Shown in pieces: positions 31,632-40,901 of a DNA stretch of 55,412 nt. Below the pieces are notes generated by a model, which saw nothing but the letters and a program-made list of their open reading frames with translations, did no database searches and was not told the origin of the DNA. The stretch's first letter is position 1. Each line of letters opens with the position of its first letter. The stretch is from positions 1-55,412 of IMG/VR virus record IMGVR_UViG_3300025000_000128. One strand, given 5' to 3'. The translations under genes and the position numbers were made by a program. This stretch comes from a virus (Duplodnaviria > Caudoviricetes).

Positions 31632-31695
31632 TGCAGAGTGACTAGGGACTATAACGGTCTCTAGGTAATGCACAAGGAAGGTCACAAGTCCTTCC
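31632..31695 (+). ncRNA. twister ribozyme, P5-type circular permutation
   Basis: UGCA-GAGUG, P1 CUAGGGAC/GUCUCUAG, UAA-UGCA, P4 GGAAG/CUUCC with loop GUCACAAGUC (CAC pairs GUG); predicted cut U31666/A31667. Confidence 0.82.
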
Positions 31696-31725
31696 AATTG
31701 CTAATTTTTAAGGGGGAAAATACAT

Positions 31726-34173
31726 ATGTCTAAATCTCTTCAAACTTTAAAAACCAATATTACTAAAGGTTCGCAAAGACTTTCCAAAGCTACTATTAAA
31801 AACATTGTCAACGCAGGAGAATTTGAAAAGATTGAACTTGCTTATTCTTACGATGGAAGAGAAGTCCACAAAGGAACTTTGATCGAAAATCCTGTTGAAT
31901 GGTTCAATAAGGAATATGACTCTATTGATGTTCGACTCTACAAAGTAGAAAAAGGTTTAGTTTTAATCCATTTACATTTTCATTCTAATTTATGGTATGG
32001 TCTACATATTGATCTAAACAAAAACTATGAAACAACCAATGCACCAGCAGGAACAAAGGAGGAAAATAAAATTCAAGATGTTCAAGTAACGGAAGCCAAA
32101 AACTATCTTGATACCATGCAAGCAAAATTCAAAACTGGCGAAGGAACAGCAGAAGAACTAAGAGCTTATTATACATACCTAATTGAAAATGTTGATTCTG
32201 TAAAGGCTGTAATTCTTGACATGCTGAACAATTCTGAAAAGCACAAAAGGAAACGTGTAAATACTAAAGCTGAATTAACTCAAGATTACTATAACAACAT
32301 GGTCGAAGCTCTTGTATATCATGTTCAAGATGCGTTATCATATGAAATTGACTTTACTGACATTAAAGGAGCAAGACAAAGAGCAATTAAGGCAATTCTT
32401 GATAATACCACTGATGAAATGATACAAGAACATTATATGAAGACTAAAGCAACGGACGAAAAATATGCAGAACAGCGAAAAGAATTAATCGAAGCAATCA
32501 AAAACCCTCAAACCTTAAAAGACTTCGAAAATGTTAGGTATTACCGCAAAGACAAAACCTTAACACTAGAAGAACAAGAACGCTATGACAGAGTATATTC
32601 TCTTGCTCAAATTGAAAAGAAAGTAAATCAAGAGCAAGAAAAAGCAGAAAAGGCATTATCTGTTGTCACTACTTCCGATCAATATACCATTATTGAAGAT
32701 ATTGACACAAGAGACAATTCTCAAATTTGGGTTGTAAAACTCAATAACAGAGTTGGCAAGGATGATTTTAATTATATCAGATCCCAAATTATGAAACCTA
32801 TTGACGGTTATTATTCACGGTTTAAAGGTGGCTTCTTGTTCAAGTATGATCCTAGTGCTAAACTTTTAGGAGAACAGGTAGAGCAACAGGAAGAACAAGT
32901 AAAAGAAGAAATAAAACATTCCGATAAACTCCGTAAGGTTGCCGATAATATGCAAAGCACAATTGACAGTAAAAGAGCAGACAGATTGACCAACACGGCA
33001 AGACGTGCAAGGATGGCAGCAGGGCAAGAAGAACAAGCAGAAAGCATGGAATTTATACAGGGAATTCTTCGCAATGTTGCAAATGCTATTGATAATCAAG
33101 AACTGACTTTCATTGATAAAATTGATTCTAGAGCACAAATTGACACATTAGAAAACATTTTAGTTCGTGCCAACTGGGAAAAGAAATCTGTTGAAAAGAT
33201 TGATTATAAAATTTGGCATGAATCCCCAATAACGGCAGACTATATCAAATACGCAGAAATCCCCTCTAGCAAAATTTCTTTATATCGTTTACAATCTATT
33301 ATTAATGAAATCAAAAATACTGATGGATTTAAACTCATTGCAAACAGATTGCAAAAACTTATTGACAGTGCAAAGCTGAAGCAAAAAGATATTCACCATG
33401 ACCCCTTGATTGACATTTCAGATTATGACTCTGAACTTGACAAAATCTATAAAAATACTGATGTTTTGAAGAATCAATACTTTGAAACAGCCATCGAAGA
33501 ACGCAGAAGATTGTCAAGAATGGGCATAGAATCAGTTGAAGAACTAAGAACATATCTAAGAGAATACTTCAATTATCGGACTGTAAAAAGCTCAATTGAT
33601 CCCACCGAACAGAAGATTAAAGAGTTGGAAAGAAAATTCAAGTTCGATCAAAAAGGCGATATTAATTTTACTCCTTCAAACATTGCCCTCCAAATGATTG
33701 AATTGGCTGACATATCCAATAACAGCAGAGTCCTTGAACCTTCAGCCGGAATCGGGAACATTGCAGACCAAATCAAAAAATTTACTCCTAATGTTGATGT
33801 TTGTGAACAAATGTATTCTTATTCTGAGTTATTGACTCTCAAGGGGTTTAATGTTGTTAGTTCTGATTTCTTGCAGTATGAAAATAACAATTATTATGAT
33901 TGTATTATTATGAATCCCCCATTTAGCCAAGAGCAGGAACACATTAAACATGCTTATAATTTGTTAAAAGTAGGTGGTAAACTCATTGCTATTACTTCAC
34001 CACACTGGACGTTTGCCAATGACAAATCATCAAAAGAATTCCGGCAATGGTTCGAGAATTTAAATGGTGAAATTGTGGAAGAATTAGAATCAGGAACTTT
34101 TGAGATGACGCAAGTTAGATCAAATATAATTATCATCAACAAAGACACTGAGACCATGCAAAAGGCTGTATAA
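31726..34173 (+). CDS. large polyvalent protein with C-terminal N6-adenine DNA methyltransferase
   Basis: VLEPSAGIGNI (motif I), IIMNPPF (motif IV); central DTRDNSQIWVVKL..GYYSRFKGGFLF region. Confidence 0.85.
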   Translation: MSKSLQTLKTNITKGSQRLSKATIKNIVNAGEFEKIELAYSYDGREVHKGTLIENPVEWFNKEYDSIDVRLYKVEKGLVLIHLHFHSNLWYGLHIDLNKNYETTNAPAGTKEENKIQDVQVTEAKNYLDTMQAKFKTGEGTAEELRAYYTYLIENVDSVKAVILDMLNNSEKHKRKRVNTKAELTQDYYNNMVEALVYHVQDALSYEIDFTDIKGARQRAIKAILDNTTDEMIQEHYMKTKATDEKYAEQRKELIEAIKNPQTLKDFENVRYYRKDKTLTLEEQERYDRVYSLAQIEKKVNQEQEKAEKALSVVTTSDQYTIIEDIDTRDNSQIWVVKLNNRVGKDDFNYIRSQIMKPIDGYYSRFKGGFLFKYDPSAKLLGEQVEQQEEQVKEEIKHSDKLRKVADNMQSTIDSKRADRLTNTARRARMAAGQEEQAESMEFIQGILRNVANAIDNQELTFIDKIDSRAQIDTLENILVRANWEKKSVEKIDYKIWHESPITADYIKYAEIPSSKISLYRLQSIINEIKNTDGFKLIANRLQKLIDSAKLKQKDIHHDPLIDISDYDSELDKIYKNTDVLKNQYFETAIEERRRLSRMGIESVEELRTYLREYFNYRTVKSSIDPTEQKIKELERKFKFDQKGDINFTPSNIALQMIELADISNNSRVLEPSAGIGNIADQIKKFTPNVDVCEQMYSYSELLTLKGFNVVSSDFLQYENNNYYDCIIMNPPFSQEQEHIKHAYNLLKVGGKLIAITSPHWTFANDKSSKEFRQWFENLNGEIVEELESGTFEMTQVRSNIIIINKDTETMQKAV

Positions 34174-34230
34174 GCTATAACATCCATGTTACAAGGGTTC
34201 TAGGGTATCCCTAGAAAATACCATTACTAT

Positions 34231-34422
34231 TTATCAAAATAATTATTTTTAAATTCACTCTATCAATACTTATCAAGTCTATGACAATGTGATACAATAA
34301 GTCATGGACTTGAAGCAACAAATAATTATTTTGATAATGCCTAAGACCCTGCAAACTATATAACAATCATAACAATAGGTTGCAGGTGTTTGGAGTTTAT
34401 CAAAGTAGATAAAGTATGATAG
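34231..34422 (+). other. nested inverted-repeat leader
   Basis: 34231-48/34320-37, 34273-85/34301-13, 34348-59/34375-86 (loop ATAACAATCATAACA), alternative 34260-74/34408-22. Confidence 0.65.
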
Positions 34423-34451
34423 ACTATATTTAATTAAGGAGGGTACATATT

Positions 34452-34889
34452 ATGTTAGAAATGAAATACGGTGCAATTGTCAAACATAATGACCAATTAG
34501 GGGAGTTAGTCACAGAAGATGGTAAATTCTATTTTCATCCTGTCAAATATGGTAATTACTATTGCTCAGACCTAACCGAAGCAACTGAAGAAAATATACA
34601 AGAAACTTCCCACGAAGAAAAGATTGAATATCTTAAACAGGAGTTCCCATGGGGAGAAATTATCAAAGTTCACACTATTGGTGAATATATCATTTTTGAA
34701 TATATTAGTGGTTATGACTTTAAAAACGAAGGGAACACAGTTATTATGTTTCATGCTTATATGAATTACAAAAATATTTCTAGGTCATATCATTCTCTAG
34801 ACTCTTGCTTGATCGGAACATTGGCACATAAATATGATGGAGCCAACAGCCAGGCAGCTACATTTTTCAAGCGCATGGTTAAAATGTAA
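34452..34889 (+). CDS. hypothetical protein
   Basis: 145 aa, AAGGAGG RBS. Confidence 0.8.
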   Translation: MLEMKYGAIVKHNDQLGELVTEDGKFYFHPVKYGNYYCSDLTEATEENIQETSHEEKIEYLKQEFPWGEIIKVHTIGEYIIFEYISGYDFKNEGNTVIMFHAYMNYKNISRSYHSLDSCLIGTLAHKYDGANSQAATFFKRMVKM

Positions 34890-34934
34890 TTCCATTCAAA
34901 TACGAATTTCAAATGAGTGAAAGGAAGTTTTAGA

Positions 34935-35126
34935 ATGAACATACATGATTTAACAAGACTATTAGATGGGGAAGAAATGGAAATATTGAATGGAACAGGT
35001 AGTATTTTAATTGACTTTGAGGCAAATATGTTTTTAGCGGTAGTCAATGGGAATTCTCTTAATCTTCATAAGACAATTGAAGAAGCAATAGAGGAAATTA
35101 AAGACTATAATGAAGAAGAAAATTAA
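34935..35126 (+). CDS. hypothetical acidic protein
   Basis: AAGGA RBS before 34935. Confidence 0.7.
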   Translation: MNIHDLTRLLDGEEMEILNGTGSILIDFEANMFLAVVNGNSLNLHKTIEEAIEEIKDYNEEEN

Positions 35127-35127
35127 T

Positions 35128-35194
35128 TGCAGAGTGGTAGAGCGTTATAACAATCACGCTCTATTAATGCACAAAGCAGGTCACAAGTCCTGCT
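35128..35194 (+). ncRNA. twister ribozyme, P5-type circular permutation (second copy)
   Basis: same core as 31632 with different stems: P1 UAGAGCGU/ACGCUCUA, P4 AGCAG/CUGCU; predicted cut U35165/A35166. Confidence 0.82.
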
Positions 35195-35223
35195 AAGATG
35201 CTAAATATTGAGGAGAGTGTATT

Positions 35224-35385
35224 ATGATTAATGAAGAAAATGAAAAGGCAATCAATGAGATTATGAAACATTTTAAACTGCAAGAAAAAGACAGATTATT
35301 TGTTACTATAATGATCACAGGAACTTATGAAACAGGGAAGCAAGACGCAAAAAAGGAAATGCTTGAATTTTTACAGACCAAATAA
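35224..35385 (+). CDS. hypothetical protein (53 aa)
   Basis: GAGGAG RBS; MINEENEKAINE.. Confidence 0.65.
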   Translation: MINEENEKAINEIMKHFKLQEKDRLFVTIMITGTYETGKQDAKKEMLEFLQTK

Positions 35386-35486
35386 AACTTACATTTGCTG
35401 GTAGTATATGGTAGAATATCTATAACACAAAGTCAAATTTCGATCCACGATTTTAAAATTATGATGGAAGAAAGAGGTAATGTAAA

Positions 35487-35798
35487 ATGAATAAAGGTAC
35501 ATTAATTTTTGACAATGGCGGAGGATTAACCTTACAACTCAATAACAGTTACGCTCACTGGTATCAAAACATGAACCAAGCAGCAGAAGATTTGAAAGTA
35601 TATATTAAGGAAGGAAATACAGAAGGTTGGGAAGGTCATGAAGAAAGTGAAATGGAATTAAATCCTCAGTATGATCAAATTCAAAATGGAGGATATAGAG
35701 TTTTCTCCATAGAGGATATTATTGCAATGTCAAAAGATGAATACACCGATACCGGATGGGGAAATATTAGAGATTTTTGCATAGCATTTAATAATTAA
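35487..35798 (+). CDS. hypothetical protein
   Basis: 103 aa, RBS. Confidence 0.75.
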   Translation: MNKGTLIFDNGGGLTLQLNNSYAHWYQNMNQAAEDLKVYIKEGNTEGWEGHEESEMELNPQYDQIQNGGYRVFSIEDIIAMSKDEYTDTGWGNIRDFCIAFNN

Positions 35799-35893
35799 TT
35801 GTATCTGGAGAATAGGCAATAACAGCAAACTCTATAACAGTGGTGCTATTGCCTTCCTTTCGAGATAAAGTTGATTAAAGGAGGTTTTTGGTT

Positions 35894-36076
35894 ATGGATA
35901 AAGATTTAAGAGATATTATTTCGGATTATATTTATTCACAAGTTAAAGTAGATACAGAAGAGAATCGCGAAAAAATAACAGAGGAAGTTTATCAATCATT
36001 GTCTAAAGAAATTAGTGTTCTTAATGTAAAAATACCTTTTCTTATTGGTCAACGTATCAAGCAAATAAATCAATAA
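35894..36076 (+). CDS. hypothetical protein
   Basis: AAGGAGG RBS. Confidence 0.65.
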   Translation: MDKDLRDIISDYIYSQVKVDTEENREKITEEVYQSLSKEISVLNVKIPFLIGQRIKQINQ

Positions 36077-36097
36077 TTTGAATGGAGTGAATAAATT

Positions 36098-36358
36098 ATG
36101 ACTAATGCATGGAATGATGTTGACACCACTATGTTAAAAGAAAAGGAAGTTATTAAACTCATGAATGCCAAAGGTTATCAAACGTCAACTTTTCAAGAAT
36201 TTGAAAGAGACCATAAGCACATGGTTAATGATTCAGTACGACAAGTTGCGACATGTAAACATAATCTAGATGTAATGAAGAGTCCAAGGAATATTGGAAA
36301 GTTCTATACTGTAAAAATGTCTAATGGTTTACAGGTTAGAACATGGGAAGTAAGATAG
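36098..36358 (+). CDS. hypothetical protein
   Basis: 86 aa, GGAG RBS. Confidence 0.7.
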   Translation: MTNAWNDVDTTMLKEKEVIKLMNAKGYQTSTFQEFERDHKHMVNDSVRQVATCKHNLDVMKSPRNIGKFYTVKMSNGLQVRTWEVR

Positions 36359-36370
36359 GGCCACAAGTGC

Positions 36371-36437
36371 CCTCTAAACCTTCTAAACTCTATAATACAC
36401 ACAAAACTACACTTGATGAGTTTAGAAGGTTTAGAGG
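36371..36437. repeat. 20-bp perfect inverted repeat
   Basis: CCTCTAAACCTTCTAAACTC-N27-GAGTTTAGAAGGTTTAGAGG. Confidence 0.85.
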
Positions 36438-36477
36438 ATGTTTGAATCCTAAAATAAAATAAAAGGAGGCCACAATC

Positions 36478-36585
36478 ATGAGCAAATTAAAATTAATCCA
36501 AGAATTCAAAAATATCTGCGACACCCACCATATTCCATTTACTTTTGAAAACTTTGAAAAACTTATCGCTCATATTTCCAAATAA
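36478..36585 (+). CDS. 35-aa peptide
   Basis: AAGGAGG RBS; MSKLKLIQEFKNICDTHHIPFTFENFEKLIAHISK. Confidence 0.55.
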   Translation: MSKLKLIQEFKNICDTHHIPFTFENFEKLIAHISK

Positions 36586-36646
36586 TTTTACATATTTTAT
36601 ACTATTACTAAATCTAAAAATAAAATTATGAAAGAAGGAATTAAAA

Positions 36647-36898
36647 ATGGCTAAGATTAAAGGAACTAAGAAATTATTAACTCTCCCTGTATCAAAACTT
36701 AATACTCTGTACTTAGGTAAGGAAATGGTTTATAGGTTCTATCCCGGCAACATTATCCATATTGCTTATCTAGGAGGTTTAGATCCTATGCCTTATTGTG
36801 AAGTACGACTAAGAATTTGGAATAACAAAACTGTTACCAAAATCATGAAGCTTTCTGATGTTGTTCTAGTATCTTCTGGAAAAGTTAAAGTAGCTTAA
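36647..36898 (+). CDS. hypothetical protein
   Basis: 83 aa, RBS. Confidence 0.7.
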   Translation: MAKIKGTKKLLTLPVSKLNTLYLGKEMVYRFYPGNIIHIAYLGGLDPMPYCEVRLRIWNNKTVTKIMKLSDVVLVSSGKVKVA

Positions 36899-37044
36899 TT
36901 TGTGTAACTTATGGATACATGGTATAATGCAAATATAATTATTACAAAATGTATTGTACCATGTAAAAATTAAGGGATATAAGTTATCAAGTCAATATCT
37001 CATTTATGCTATAACAATGAAGGTTAGGAGGTTGTCGAGTTATT

Positions 37045-37302
37045 ATGTCAAATGTATTAAAATCTAATCATGATATCATATCTCAAGAAGCATGTCAGAA
37101 AGGTTTTAATTACACTGGAGAGAATCTATTTACGTTCGAGCAATGGAGACAAAGAGGGTATGCTGTAGTAAAAGGTCAAAAAGCATTCCTTAAACTTAGA
37201 TTATGGTCTTATGGAGAGAATAGGAGATTCATTCCTGCTCAATTGTTTTCAAGAGAGCAAGTCACTAAGGTAAATTGTGGTATAATGTCAATATCAGCAT
37301 AA
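37045..37302 (+). CDS. ArdC-N-like ssDNA-binding (anti-restriction-type) protein
   Basis: FTFEQWRQRGYAVVKGQKA..LW..FIPAQLFSREQV. Confidence 0.65.
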   Translation: MSNVLKSNHDIISQEACQKGFNYTGENLFTFEQWRQRGYAVVKGQKAFLKLRLWSYGENRRFIPAQLFSREQVTKVNCGIMSISA

Positions 37303-37357
37303 CAATTTAGTATCTGACGTTGACGATATTTCAATTAAGTTATTAGGAGGAATTATT

Positions 37358-37590
37358 ATGATGCAAGATGAATACAAAAAAGATTTCTTTAGTCAAAAGT
37401 TTTGTTGGGTATTAGATGGTAGAACATTTTGGCAACCTAAAATGCAAAGGAATACTTAATTAGGATGCAAAAACGAACAGAACAATTTGCTGTAGGTTAT
37501 TTGGTATTATTAAAAGATGAATATTTTAGATTAAAAGAGCAGAAAGAACAGACAAATCAATTAGAGGAATTATTAAAGGATTCTATATAA
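37358..37590 (+). pseudogene. frameshifted small gene (~77 aa)
   Basis: AGGAGG RBS; one extra A in CCTAAAATG joins two frames. Confidence 0.5.
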
Positions 37591-37705
37591 GCTCTTTAGC
37601 GTTGATACCTATGTCATTTAAACTATAACAGCGAGGCTATAATGGTACAGAGGTATTTATACTAAAGTCCTTGTGGACTTAAATTAAGTGAAAGAAGGAA
37701 TTATT

Positions 37706-38155
37706 ATGTCAATTAAATTACCTATTGTGAATGTTAAAGACATTAATTGGAATAATCATGATTCATCTTTTAATATATTCCAAGATATTATGGTAGGAGA
37801 CATTGCGGTAATAGAAAACAAATCTGAATGTATTCTCCCTTTAGATGATGGTGAATATTGTGTTACTATTGATAATGGTAATGTATTTATTGAGGAAGCA
37901 TTTTCGTATGAAGAATGCAAAATATTGTTTGGAGAAGAATTTGGTAAATCGTATGTCTACTTTATTTCCCTGTTAACTGAAAATTGTTATGATAATTATG
38001 TAGAAGGCAAATATATTGAAGGTGACGGCTTACCTGTTTGTGTAGATTTTTCTGTTGCCAAAGGATTTGATAATATTGAAGATGCTCATAAATACGCCAA
38101 AGAAAAAGCGAATTTAAAATTAGGTGAATACGCTATTCATGGATTTTATATTTGA
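37706..38155 (+). CDS. hypothetical protein
   Basis: GAAGGA RBS before 37706. Confidence 0.75.
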   Translation: MSIKLPIVNVKDINWNNHDSSFNIFQDIMVGDIAVIENKSECILPLDDGEYCVTIDNGNVFIEEAFSYEECKILFGEEFGKSYVYFISLLTENCYDNYVEGKYIEGDGLPVCVDFSVAKGFDNIEDAHKYAKEKANLKLGEYAIHGFYI

Positions 38156-38264
38156 TCCATTAAAACTATTATTTTATGCCATATTATGGATTTCAAAACC
38201 CTTATAACAGTAGGGTTTCAGAGGTTGACTGTTTAAAATTATTTGAAGAAAGAAGGAAATTAAA

Positions 38265-38849
38265 ATGTTTGAATGGTTAGTAGAAAAAGGAGTAGAGGTC
38301 AACGGAAAATGGGGAGAAATTAAAGAATATAATCCAGAAACTAAAAAATTCATTATTGAGTATGTAGATGATGAAATTTTAGAAGAAGTAAATATTTTTA
38401 ATACGGAGGTAATATACAACATTGATTGGTTTGAAAATTGGCAAAAGAATCTAATGACAGGATTAATTAGAAATGAAGGCAAAATAACAATCCATGTATT
38501 GTCAACATCAAGTGGAGATAATTGGTCTTTAGAAATATATAGACATAAAACATTGTTACCAACTCCAGAATATCAAGAGCAAGTTATTTTAACTAATTAT
38601 GTAATTGTAGTATGTGGTGAGGTAAAAGGGAACGTATTTACTAGACAAATTAAAATATATTCTGGATGTGCAATTGATGAAGAAAAAGAATTTAGCAAAT
38701 GGATTGAAGAACAGATTGAAAAAGTATCAGAATTCAATAATACCGAGCATTGGCAAGTTCCATGTAGCACTATAGTATTTTCAGATTGTTTATGTACTAA
38801 AGAAGAGAGTGATTTACTGCACGAGATGTTTAATGATGTAAGAGGATAA
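38265..38849 (+). CDS. hypothetical protein
   Basis: 194 aa, RBS. Confidence 0.8.
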   Translation: MFEWLVEKGVEVNGKWGEIKEYNPETKKFIIEYVDDEILEEVNIFNTEVIYNIDWFENWQKNLMTGLIRNEGKITIHVLSTSSGDNWSLEIYRHKTLLPTPEYQEQVILTNYVIVVCGEVKGNVFTRQIKIYSGCAIDEEKEFSKWIEEQIEKVSEFNNTEHWQVPCSTIVFSDCLCTKEESDLLHEMFNDVRG

Positions 38850-38890
38850 ATAGCAAGCTTTATCGGAAATATGAGAGGAGAGAAAATACT

Positions 38891-39142
38891 ATGGAAAACG
38901 AAATCATGAAAAATTTAACTGATACTGAATTAATTGTACTATGTAATGATATTTATGACTGGGATCATGGAAACGGAACTTTAAACCAAGATAGCGAACT
39001 AAGGAAATTTCATATAAAGCATGAAAAATTGTTTTATGCAGTCCAATATCTTAGAGATGATATTATAAATGAAGCTTATAATAGATTTCATAAGGTTGCA
39101 AAAACTTTAATTGTCAGTAAAGCAGGATTATTTATCAAGTAA
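38891..39142 (+). CDS. hypothetical protein
   Basis: 83 aa, GAGGAG RBS. Confidence 0.75.
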   Translation: MENEIMKNLTDTELIVLCNDIYDWDHGNGTLNQDSELRKFHIKHEKLFYAVQYLRDDIINEAYNRFHKVAKTLIVSKAGLFIK

Positions 39143-39143
39143 C

Positions 39144-39216
39144 ATTGGTCTGAGCCAGTATAAAACACCTTAAGCTCAGAGCGTTAGTAGGGTTTATAAC
39201 AATCCTGCTAGGTGGT
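39144..39216 (+). ncRNA. pistol ribozyme
   Basis: P1 AUUGG/CCAGU with loop UCUGAG pairing CUCAGA, AUAAAA linker, ACC-UUAAG, GCGU, P3 UAGUAGGG/UCCUGCUA, GGU-GGU; predicted cut G39212/U39213. Confidence 0.9.
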
Positions 39217-39243
39217 ATAACAATAACAGGGAGGATGATTTTA

Positions 39244-39513
39244 ATGATAGATTTAGGCAGAATTCAAATTCCAACAGAAGATAATTTAATTCTTCAAAAA
39301 GAGATGTATGACTTAATAGTTGAAGAATTGAGTGGGAAAGAAGTTAAGGAAGATATCAAGATAGAATGGAGAGGTAATAATTTAGTGTGTCATAAAACTA
39401 AACAAGGGGTTATTAAAATCAGACAATATGATGAAGATTTTAAAAAGTATGCTCATTGGAGATTTACCAAAAGGAAAGAGTTTAATTTTGATGAGTACAA
39501 ACGAACCATATAG
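39244..39513 (+). CDS. hypothetical protein
   Basis: GGGAGG RBS immediately after the pistol ribozyme. Confidence 0.75.
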   Translation: MIDLGRIQIPTEDNLILQKEMYDLIVEELSGKEVKEDIKIEWRGNNLVCHKTKQGVIKIRQYDEDFKKYAHWRFTKRKEFNFDEYKRTI

Positions 39514-39553
39514 AAAGTAAAACTTATGGGAATTAAGAAAGGAATGATTAATT

Positions 39554-39721
39554 ATGGCATCTAAACAAATAGCGGAAATTAAAGCTTATGAGTATGATAC
39601 CAAAGAAGAAATGGAAAGAGAAATTTATGCCTTGCGAGATTCTAAAGAATGGAAAGTTCAAAATACTTATGAATTACATGGAAAATGGAGAGCAGAATAT
39701 TTTAAAATTAATCTGTACTAG
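39554..39721 (+). CDS. hypothetical protein (55 aa)
   Basis: AAAGGA RBS; MASKQIAEIKAYEY.. Confidence 0.65.
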   Translation: MASKQIAEIKAYEYDTKEEMEREIYALRDSKEWKVQNTYELHGKWRAEYFKINLY

Positions 39722-39839
39722 TGATTTAAGCCCATATTAGCTATAACAGCAGACACTTATAACAGCATGGGTTGTGACGTTGTGGGCTTATATTATAGCA
39801 TTGATTGCTATTAAATAAATTTATTGGAGGTAAATTATT

Positions 39840-40263
39840 ATGAAAATTAAAGTAGATTTATTTTGTTTAAAGGACATTAAGGACATTTCATTCGATTGCA
39901 CAAGTGGCAATATGTATTCGGTAATTCTTGATACTAATAGTTCATATTTTGGCAGTCATATTAAACATTTAGTCACAAGATTAAATGAGGGTTACTTCAA
40001 AGTAAATGCTCCTTGGAGGTATATACCTAAACATCATGAATTTGAGTTTATGCAAGTGAAATCATGTAGTCAACATTGTTAAAGATGAACACATTAATGA
40101 CCATATTGAGTATAACAAATTGTTTAGATTCTGAAGAGCATTATTTGTAGACGGAGAATGTCTTAATACGGGATACCTAAATAGTGAAGAGGTTAAAAAA
40201 TGGAAGGATAAAATTAAAGCAATGAATATTGATTCTTCCATTGCATCAGAAAAATATCATTAA
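39840..40263 (+). pseudogene. disrupted hypothetical gene
   Basis: ORF ends at 40082; protein-like frame continues after a 1-nt shift with an in-frame TGA at 40132 (..YNKLFRF*RALFVDGECLNTGYL..). Confidence 0.45.
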
Positions 40264-40386
40264 TTTGTAATATTTCAAAAATTACAAAACCCCCGAAACC
40301 CTTACTACACTAGGTTTTTATAATTCAATATTTGGCATGAAATGTTATTTTTATTTGGCAGGATAGAAAGGAAAATGAGAATAAAA

Positions 40387-40518
40387 ATGGAAATAAAACA
40401 TTCTTGTTGGAATTGTCTTAATTTAGATTGTGATCATGTAGAATATAAATCCTGTACCAAAGGACACAAACTTAAATTTATCTTTAATATCAATGATTGT
40501 TCAGATTGGAATGGTTAA
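40387..40518 (+). CDS. small Cys-rich peptide (43 aa)
   Basis: CWNC..C..CTKGH..CSDW. Confidence 0.5.
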   Translation: MEIKHSCWNCLNLDCDHVEYKSCTKGHKLKFIFNINDCSDWNG

Positions 40519-40656
40519 TCTAAAATCTCAATTCTTGTATAACAGCAAGCAGTATTTATTGCAACTTTATTTTATATTAATCATAAACTCTATTGTAATT
40601 TATCCCAAATTAGAATATAATGTAACCAAGAAATAAATATTGAAGGAGTGATACGT

Positions 40657-40851
40657 ATGAATGAAAATTATATCGTACTCGAAGGAGAAATTGAAAACTC
40701 AGATGAGGATTGCACATTTGCTAAAATTAGAAAAGGTGGTATATCATTAAAGCAATATAACTCTGAAAATAAGAAGACAAGTACAATTTACTTAACAAAT
40801 GAAGAGGTTGCTAGACTTGCAAGTGAATTATTTGTTAAAAAGAAGTATTGA
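40657..40851 (+). CDS. hypothetical protein
   Basis: AAGGAG RBS. Confidence 0.7.
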   Translation: MNENYIVLEGEIENSDEDCTFAKIRKGGISLKQYNSENKKTSTIYLTNEEVARLASELFVKKKY

Positions 40852-40901
40852 TTATCCCAGGAAAGGCAGAATTTAATGTATTATGAAAGGAATGAATTTT
40901 A

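Noticed and set aside
36412-36450. hammerhead ribozyme at CTTGATGAG
   Set aside because: Core is CUUGAUGA not CUGAUGA, there is no matching GAAA, and the GAG belongs to the 20-bp stem.
40132-40134. TGA stop-codon recoding
   Set aside because: Single case beside a frameshift; many genes end normally at TGA and TAG.
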